Below, in pieces: positions 57,395 through 64,000 of a stretch of DNA of 64,000 nt (the first letter of the stretch is position 1; the number at the start of each line of letters is the position of its first letter). A model generated the notes under the pieces. The model was not told the DNA's origin. It did not search any database and saw only the letters and a list, made by a program, of their open reading frames with translations. Source of the stretch: Candidatus Thorarchaeota archaeon. Its GTDB lineage: Archaea > Asgardarchaeota > Thorarchaeia > Thorarchaeales > Thorarchaeaceae. Made by a program: the position numbers and the translations under genes. The stretch spans positions 40,851 to 104,850 of the forward strand of contig JAFGAR010000064.1 in NCBI GenBank assembly GCA_016933575.1, in the 5' to 3' direction.

Positions 57395-57771
57395 GTCAGT
57401 GTTACTCAGTTCCATATTTCAGTAATCAATCCACACTATAGAGCAGAGTTAGATTGGCAATCTGAGTTTTTTCGAAGATGACATTAACTCAACATTTACT
57501 CCCTACCCCACGATCATGCCAAGACATACCTGCTCTTTCATTTTTCATTATAATGAATCATAATACTATTTGTTAAGAGGACTCTCTATCCGGAATGTAT
57601 ATTAGCTCCTAATGTTAGCCAATAGCTCCAAGATGGCAATATATTTCCCGAAAGGCTTAAACAGCCTTGAGGCAATTGCCATTATATCCAATCTAATTCC
57701 AAATTCAGTCGCAACTGAAGGAGTTTCGGAAGGCTTCTTGCCTTTCTAGAACTTCCAATGGAGGAAGCTAA

Positions 57772-59634
57772 GTGGAAAGAAATCAACTACTCGCGATTGT
57801 TGTGATTGTAGTTGTCGTAGCGGGCGCAGGAGTCGCCTTTGTCTTCATGCAGCAGCCAGGAAGGCCGCCAGAGAATACTCTGATATGGGAGACAATTGGT
57901 AATCCTGACTATATGGACCCTCACGTCAACTATGAGAGCTTCGGTTCGTGGGTACAATTCAACATATATGAAACGCTATACACATATCCGTGGGATAGCG
58001 CTGTAACCGATCCATCGGTTCCATTACTGGCTGCATCAGCACCAGTATTATCAGCCGATGGTAAGAACTATACTATTACTCTTCGACAAGGCATCACCTT
58101 CCATGACGGCACACCATTCAATGCTAGCTGTGTCAAATGGAATATGGAGCGTGCGATGAAGATTTTCTACCCAGATGGTCCAGTCTGGATGGTTGCTGAA
58201 CCACTCGTTGGTGGTGGTGCAGTTGAGGCAGCCGCTTTTGGCGACGGTCCAACATCTGCAGCATTCAAGGCAGCATTCGACAACTGGGTTGAGAATTCCA
58301 GTGCCATCATTGTCATGGACACGTACGTGATTAGATTCCGTCTTGCTGATCCTTACCCGGCCTTTATCGCTGCAATTACCTATGAGGTAGGCGCAATGAT
58401 AAGCCCAACCTACGCTATTGCTCACGCAAGTGATGCAGCTTGGGCAACCTGGGATGCATATGGTGTTGATTACGGCGAGTATGAGAATCCAATGACTACT
58501 CAGACTTGCGGTACTGGCCCATACATGCTTACCAATTGGGTACCCGATCAGTACATTGAATTAACTCTGTACGAAGACTACTGGAGAACCTCTACCAGCA
58601 CTGGTGCAGGCTCACTCGAAAAGGTCTTCATTCGAACCAATGAAGATGTCAACGGCAGGTCATTGAACCTGAGAGCTGGTACAACTGATGCTTGTTACTG
58701 GCCAACCACAAACGCTCTAGATATCTGGAGCAATGTAACCGACGATTCCACCGATCCAAACATCTTTGTCTCAACTGGTGGTTATAGCTACACTGTAACA
58801 TTCTTTGGATTCAACATGGGAATCATCAACATGACCACTGGCGCAGTTCTTGATGAGAAGGTTAGTCCCTTCCAGTGGCTGAACTTCAGGCGCGCAGCAT
58901 CATGGGCTATGGACTATGAAGCGTTCCTGTCAGCAGCTGTCAATGGATTTGGTGTCCAGGGTAAGGGATGCATACCCATCGGAATGTTCGGTCATAATGG
59001 AAGCGCATACAACTGGGAATACAATCTTACTGCAGCAGTAGAAGAATGGAACCTTGCAATGGCTGATCCTAATTTCGTTGATTCACTCAATGAGTTGGAC
59101 AACCATCTAGTTCTCTACTACAACTCCGGTAACACCGTGAGAGAGCAGGGCTGTCTATTGCTAGCTGATGGTCTCAATGCAATGTGGGGTGATGACGATG
59201 CTGACGACACTGGTCTGGATGCAGCAATGACTGTCACAACCCAGGCACTCGAATGGTCCAACTATCTAGATGCCATTCGTGAGAAGAGGATGGCAATCTT
59301 CTTCGTCGGTTGGGCACCTGACTATGCAGACCCAGACAACTATGTCTATCCATTCGCATACCACTACGGTACATACGCTCAGAGAATCTCCTACAACGAT
59401 ACTGACGTTAACACCTGGTACGAGGAAGCTAAGATCGAGACTGATGAAACCGCTCGAAAGCACTTGTACAACTTGATTCAGGAGAAGCTCGCTGAAGATG
59501 CACCCTATCTGTGGATGTACCAAGCTACCGAGTTCAGAACTTGGAGAGCCTGGCTACACGGTGATGGTTTGGTCTACAACCCAATGCACCAAGCTTACTT
59601 CTACCACATGTACAAGACATACCCAACCACATAG
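57772..59634 (+). CDS. ABC peptide/nickel-family (SBP family 5) substrate-binding protein
   Basis: N-terminal anchor, MDPH, IYETLY, YTITLRQGITFHDGTPFNA, GTGPY, GWAPDYADPD; GGAGG RBS. Confidence 0.93.
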   Translation: MERNQLLAIVVIVVVVAGAGVAFVFMQQPGRPPENTLIWETIGNPDYMDPHVNYESFGSWVQFNIYETLYTYPWDSAVTDPSVPLLAASAPVLSADGKNYTITLRQGITFHDGTPFNASCVKWNMERAMKIFYPDGPVWMVAEPLVGGGAVEAAAFGDGPTSAAFKAAFDNWVENSSAIIVMDTYVIRFRLADPYPAFIAAITYEVGAMISPTYAIAHASDAAWATWDAYGVDYGEYENPMTTQTCGTGPYMLTNWVPDQYIELTLYEDYWRTSTSTGAGSLEKVFIRTNEDVNGRSLNLRAGTTDACYWPTTNALDIWSNVTDDSTDPNIFVSTGGYSYTVTFFGFNMGIINMTTGAVLDEKVSPFQWLNFRRAASWAMDYEAFLSAAVNGFGVQGKGCIPIGMFGHNGSAYNWEYNLTAAVEEWNLAMADPNFVDSLNELDNHLVLYYNSGNTVREQGCLLLADGLNAMWGDDDADDTGLDAAMTVTTQALEWSNYLDAIREKRMAIFFVGWAPDYADPDNYVYPFAYHYGTYAQRISYNDTDVNTWYEEAKIETDETARKHLYNLIQEKLAEDAPYLWMYQATEFRTWRAWLHGDGLVYNPMHQAYFYHMYKTYPTT

Positions 59635-59668
59635 GTTAGGTCCGGTAGTTAGTAACTACAACTAGATG

Positions 59669-59703
59669 CAGAGGCTTCGGCCTCTGTCATCCTTTTCTTT
59701 TTT
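59669..59703 (+). terminator. UUCG-loop hairpin + T-tract terminator
   Basis: CAGAGGC-TTCG-GCCTCTG followed by CCTTTTCTTTTTT. Confidence 0.75.
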
Positions 59704-59887
59704 CAAACTTCACTTTCCTGAGTGATTACTATTCAAACTCAATTACTCAACAAGGGAGTAGAACTCTGTTATTGCCCTGATATGATAGTTAAAAAAGTCA
59801 GTATCAATTTGTGATTAGAATAATTTTGCTTAGTGGCGAATCATTATATTATCCAAAAAACAAACATAATCGATAGTTGGTGAAAAA

Positions 59888-60793
59888 ATGAAGGACCTAT
59901 CATCCATAACTGCTACAGAGTTATTCACTAAGTGGTGGGATGAACGCTGGATTCGTGGAATAGTTCTCATGTTGATTCCTATTGGCATAATTGACACTGT
60001 GTTTACTATTAGCATTGCACAGCTCTATGGAATTGAAGCTGAGTTCAATCCCATTACCCGGTTCTTTCTTTCCTCATCATTCTGGTTCTTATGGCCAATT
60101 CTTAACATAAGTGGTTTCATGTTCTTCTGTATGATGGCCGGGTCATATTACTTGCATTCTAGACTAAAACTAGGTGGCCCCGATACATCTTGGATTTCAG
60201 TAATTATCGCATTGCGCGTTGCTATGGTTGGCTATAATGTCACATTCTACTACCTACCCTTTGTCATTACGGTGTACCCTCCATTTTGGGCTGCCTTCAT
60301 CAGCTTTGTAATGACATTCTTCCTAATGAACAACCTTCTAAAACGCCAAAATGATATTAGTTGGGAACAAACAAAATACACAATCACCAGTAAATACATC
60401 AACTATCGAGATTCAAAATTGATCTCTTCTGCTGGAATCCCTGAACAAGATAAGGAAGATACAAGCTCCATCAAGGAAGATCTCAAGAAAGAGGTTCTTT
60501 CTGGCATACCGAAAAAGAATCAACCTCTATGGAAAAATCCTTGGGTAAAACGAGTTGTATATCTTAGCAGTGCAGCCTTTTCGTTTGTATTAATGGGGAT
60601 GGCGATTGAATTCATTAGCAACATTTCAGGATTATCAACATGGAACGACCAACGTGGTGCCTATTTTGTACTTAATGAGATAACAGGCCCTCCTGTTATG
60701 GCCTCTTTTATTGCGATATTGTTCTTCATGGGGCTATCATTATTCTTTATTCTTAGAGCATTTTCTACTACTCAAGAAATTGACCTTGATTAA
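59888..60793 (+). CDS. Hypothetical membrane protein (N-terminal D..T..E.NP motif, DUF5658-like)
   Basis: IIDTVFT..GIEAEFNPI; about 6 TM. Confidence 0.7.
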   Translation: MKDLSSITATELFTKWWDERWIRGIVLMLIPIGIIDTVFTISIAQLYGIEAEFNPITRFFLSSSFWFLWPILNISGFMFFCMMAGSYYLHSRLKLGGPDTSWISVIIALRVAMVGYNVTFYYLPFVITVYPPFWAAFISFVMTFFLMNNLLKRQNDISWEQTKYTITSKYINYRDSKLISSAGIPEQDKEDTSSIKEDLKKEVLSGIPKKNQPLWKNPWVKRVVYLSSAAFSFVLMGMAIEFISNISGLSTWNDQRGAYFVLNEITGPPVMASFIAILFFMGLSLFFILRAFSTTQEIDLD

Positions 60794-60916
60794 ACAGGAA
60801 ATGGCCAACACCTACGAAGTAAGTTTTTCTACGCATATAGTAGTATTATTAACTGAATCATTAAGAGTCATTCAAACGTGAGTATATCACTCTTTGAGTG
60901 CAAATCGAAGTGATGA

Positions 60917-61201
60917 TTGATTATGTCACATGACGCAAAACCTTGGTATAAGAATATCTGGCTACAAAGAATCTTCTATATTACATGTGCTATATTATCC
61001 TTGCCAGCGATGAGCTTTGCTATTCAATTAACATCCGATGCCACCGGTTTATCGAACTTTAATTATGGTGTTTTCATCTTAAATGAGGTAACAGGTCCAA
61101 TTGTCATGCTCAATTTTATTTTCATTCTCTTCTTCATTGGTCTGTGTATGGTATTCATCTTCAAGGCATTCAGTATACAAGAAGACTTGCCTATCGATTG
61201 A
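60917..61201 (+). CDS. Small 2-TM protein, duplicate of the C-terminal domain of the upstream gene
   Basis: PWYKNIWLQR..LNEVTGP..FILFFIGL..KAFS aligns with PLWKNPWVKR..LNEITGP..AILFFMGL..RAFS. Confidence 0.7.
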   Translation: MIMSHDAKPWYKNIWLQRIFYITCAILSLPAMSFAIQLTSDATGLSNFNYGVFILNEVTGPIVMLNFIFILFFIGLCMVFIFKAFSIQEDLPID

Positions 61202-61292
61202 AAAATACTCAATCTTCAAGAACAGGAATTATCATCTCTCTAACTGATACAGAGAGCGATTTCTAAAAAAAGCTGGGTAGCTCGAAAAGGAG

Positions 61293-62339
61293 CTACCTCA
61301 TTGTTAGAGCCATTACTGCTTTTTGAGCATGTAATCGATTTTCAGCTTGATCAAAAGCAATGGATTGTGGTCCGTCAATGACTGAGTTTGATACTTCGAA
61401 TCCGCGGTCGCATGGGAGACAGTGCATATAGGCTGCCTTCGGTCCTGCAATCTTCATCATATCATCATCACAGATCCAGTGTTTGTTCTTATCAAACACA
61501 ACCTGTGATTTCTCTAGCTCTGGCTTACTATTGAACGGTGGAATGAACTCCTTACATGTCCAAGCCTTAGGATAGACTACATGTGCACCTTCAAAGGCTT
61601 CCTCCATGTCATTCACAATCTCGAAACTCGATTCGTTCTCTTCTGAGAAGACTCTGCACTGATCAAGGATTTTATCATCAAGCTCCATTCCCTTTGGATG
61701 CGCAAGAACAGTTTCACAGCCCATCTTCGTAGCTGCTATTATTGCGCTCTGAGGAACAGCAAGAGGCTTGTGAACTGATGGTGAATATGCCCATGACATA
61801 ACAAATTTGACACCTTTGAAAGTGCCAAACTTTTCCTTAATGGTCATGATATCAGCAAGTCCTTGACATGGATGGTAGATGTCATCCTCCATGTTAATTA
61901 CAGGGATATGACTCCAGTGAGCAAAATTCCGTATAACCTCATTTGCTCGACCATAGATCCATCCAACAGGATCGCCATAACATCGAATAGCAATCCCGTG
62001 TCCCATTCTAGCAAGAACTCGTGCTACATCAGACACACGTTCCGTGGAATAGGCTTTCTCATCTCCTTCAAGTGCTGGAGCATATATCTTGCCGGGGTCA
62101 AGAAAATGTGCATGACCACCGAGCTGTGTCATTCCAGCCTCGAATGAGTTGCGAGTTCGAAGACTCTGGTTGTAGAAGATCATGAACAGCGTTTTTGCAT
62201 CGAGAAGCTTATGAGGTTCACCAGTGGCAAACTTCCGTTTGAGGTCAAGTGCGACCTCAAGGAGGGTTTCGATTTCCTCCTTTGAGTAATCAAGCAGAGT
62301 TATGAAATCTCTGCCACGAAAACTTTCTGTTTTAACCAT
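61293..62339 (-). CDS. Knotted-type carbamoyltransferase (YgeW / N-acetylornithine carbamoyltransferase-like)
   Basis: SLRTRNSF, HPCQGLAD, WAYSPSVHKPLAVPQS, YPKAW, YMHCLP, DQAENRLH. Confidence 0.85.
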   Translation of the reverse strand: MVKTESFRGRDFITLLDYSKEEIETLLEVALDLKRKFATGEPHKLLDAKTLFMIFYNQSLRTRNSFEAGMTQLGGHAHFLDPGKIYAPALEGDEKAYSTERVSDVARVLARMGHGIAIRCYGDPVGWIYGRANEVIRNFAHWSHIPVINMEDDIYHPCQGLADIMTIKEKFGTFKGVKFVMSWAYSPSVHKPLAVPQSAIIAATKMGCETVLAHPKGMELDDKILDQCRVFSEENESSFEIVNDMEEAFEGAHVVYPKAWTCKEFIPPFNSKPELEKSQVVFDKNKHWICDDDMMKIAGPKAAYMHCLPCDRGFEVSNSVIDGPQSIAFDQAENRLHAQKAVMALTMR

Positions 62340-62446
62340 AGTTGGTCACGACCTCTAATGTGAAGGTGGGCATTACAGAAAAAGGTTACTTATTGTGAAT
62401 AATTAGTCGGTCCAATTCTGTGTCTCGATTTTTCATTTGAGATCAA

Positions 62447-62551
62447 TTACAATTGTACTCGACCAACAGGATTCATATTGAGTCTATTCCCTTCATCCAC
62501 TGTCGGATTATCGAAGTGGCTTCTGATGATATCCGGGTCATATTTTGGCAT
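62447..62551 (-). pseudogene. 34-codon ORF, possible remnant of a methyltransferase N-terminus
   Basis: GGTGA RBS + ATG; MPKYDPDIIRSHFDNPTVDEGNRLNMNPVGRVQL*. Confidence 0.3.
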
Positions 62552-62709
62552 TCTCTCACCCTCAAAGTTTTCTTATGATGGATGAAGTTACACAAAAAGA
62601 GTTTGGTCAACTTTTCTTACCAAGATAGTTTTGTCATTCTGTTCCTCCTAATGCTTAAGAGCCACGGTGTATACAGTAATGGAATACGATTAGTAGGGAA
62701 GGAGAGATC

Positions 62710-64000
62710 TTGAAGAGGAAGATCATTAACCTTGGTCTATCATGCATAGGCCCAATCGCCCTTGTTGTCTTGTTGACTATGCCAATTGGTCCTCTAGCCG
62801 GAGGTCTTGGCATACTACAGCCTTGGGGTGGAATCTTTGATGTCGGAAGAGGTATCCAACACTCAGGTGTTGAGCTAGTGTCACTTCCTGATACAATATC
62901 CGGTGCGGATGTTATCATAGATGAATGGGGTATACCTCATATCTACGGTGATACAGTAGAGGATGCATTCCTAGCATTGGGATATATGCATGCGCGAGAC
63001 CGACTTTTCCAGATTGTCATGCAGACATATTTGGCATCTGGGAGAATTTGTGAAGTAGTCGGTGGTGCAAGTTATTACGTTGACACTGACAAGTTTCACC
63101 GTTCAATAGGACTTGCGAAATCTGCCGAAAATACCTATCAGTGGTATCTAGACAATGCTGCTACAAATGAGGATGTCAACTACACGCTACGCTGCGTATA
63201 TGCACATGTAGCTGGAATGAATGCTTTTATTGATTCAATGACCATGGAAAATACGCCAATCGAGTTCAAGATTCTCGGGTTCACTCCTCAACATTTCACT
63301 CCTGTTGACTCATTCATTTGGGCCAAATACATGACCTGGGGTCTATCAGGAGGAGTTCGTGATCTGCGTAATGAATTCATTCGAAGCAGTCTTGATAATG
63401 ATTCGATGTACGGTGAACTCTTTCCAGAGTTTTATCCAAACACAATTCCTGTTATTCCAGAACAATATAATCTGAGTCTATCTGACTATGTAGATGCTCC
63501 TGGAGGTTATCCTGTAATGACAGTACCACCGCCAAGTGCTCTGATTCATGATGAACCCACTAATCTGATTTCGCTTGATCAGATTGAAGATGTTCTAGAG
63601 ATGGTCTCTGACATAATCAATATCTTCGGTGATGTAGAATTTGTTGGAAGTAACAGTTGGGCTGCAAATGGAAGCAAGACTGCTACTGGTCATGCTATGT
63701 TGGCGAACGATCCCCATTTGTCTCTGCAGGCTCCATCTCTCTGGTATGAAGTTCACATTGTGGTCTTGGATGTAGATGAACCACTCAACGTACAAGGTGG
63801 AAGTCTCCCAGGTACGCCTGGTATTCTTATCGGTCATACACAACACATCACATGGGGGATGACGAATGTCGGAGCTGATGTTCTTGATATCTTCGTAGAG
63901 GAACTAAATCCTTCAGACTCAACGCAATACCGATACAATGGAGAATGGCAAGATTTCACTATTCGAGAGGAAATCATTCATGTAAAGGGTGGAGCTGATA
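62710..64000 (+). CDS. Penicillin acylase (Ntn-hydrolase S45) family protein, 3' end outside window
   Basis: Not in the ORF track because it runs off the end. TTG start after GGAGAG; DEWGIPHIYG, LGYMHARDRLFQ, catalytic GSNSWA (Ser at 63649), LANDPHL, WYEVH, WGMTN. Confidence 0.92.
   Translation, partial: MKRKIINLGLSCIGPIALVVLLTMPIGPLAGGLGILQPWGGIFDVGRGIQHSGVELVSLPDTISGADVIIDEWGIPHIYGDTVEDAFLALGYMHARDRLFQIVMQTYLASGRICEVVGGASYYVDTDKFHRSIGLAKSAENTYQWYLDNAATNEDVNYTLRCVYAHVAGMNAFIDSMTMENTPIEFKILGFTPQHFTPVDSFIWAKYMTWGLSGGVRDLRNEFIRSSLDNDSMYGELFPEFYPNTIPVIPEQYNLSLSDYVDAPGGYPVMTVPPPSALIHDEPTNLISLDQIEDVLEMVSDIINIFGDVEFVGSNSWAANGSKTATGHAMLANDPHLSLQAPSLWYEVHIVVLDVDEPLNVQGGSLPGTPGILIGHTQHITWGMTNVGADVLDIFVEELNPSDSTQYRYNGEWQDFTIREEIIHVKGGAD

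Noticed and set aside
1255-63846. Many 60-200 aa alternative-frame and antisense ORFs in the ORF track (e.g. 3978..4592, 15606..16043, 32291..32719, 62655..62918, 63595..63846)
   Set aside because: They lie within or opposite well-supported genes and show no motifs; they are shadow ORFs.

Overview
Archaeal chromosomal window, most likely from an Asgard archaeon of Thorarchaeota type. This is inferred from a Rab-like small GTPase without a prenylation motif, a geranylgeranyl reductase, TrpB2, an ADP-forming acyl-CoA synthetase alpha subunit, TATA-type promoters and GGAGG/GGTGA ribosome-binding sites. I saw no rRNA, tRNA, CRISPR array or transposase. The centrepiece (21.6-37.6 kb) is an unusual complex I-like respiratory module. 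nuoA-J-K-C-D-H-I is followed by FOUR antiporter-like subunits (extra M-like, L, M, N), with no nuoEFG/fpoF in the window. NuoB is missing from that operon and is instead fused in frame to the C-terminus of a GlcD/D-lactate-dehydrogenase-family FAD oxidoreductase. That fusion gene is divergent from a CCG-domain (GlcF/HdrD-like) Fe-S gene and shares a mirrored promoter motif with it. A long-chain-type prenyl synthase and a geranylgeranyl reductase lie alongside. Other notable items: (1) the trpB2 upstream region has paired TGTACA-like (TRP-box) motifs, a ~215-nt highly structured leader and a Trp-containing uORF; (2) a 1892-aa FG-GAP/Ig-like surface protein ends in about seven TM helices; (3) a PerR-catalase pair has a perfect 17-bp tandem operator candidate; (4) there is a macro/macro-like/Nudix cluster; (5) there is a knotted YgeW/AOTC-type transcarbamylase. 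All calls come from reading motifs by eye; no database searches were run.
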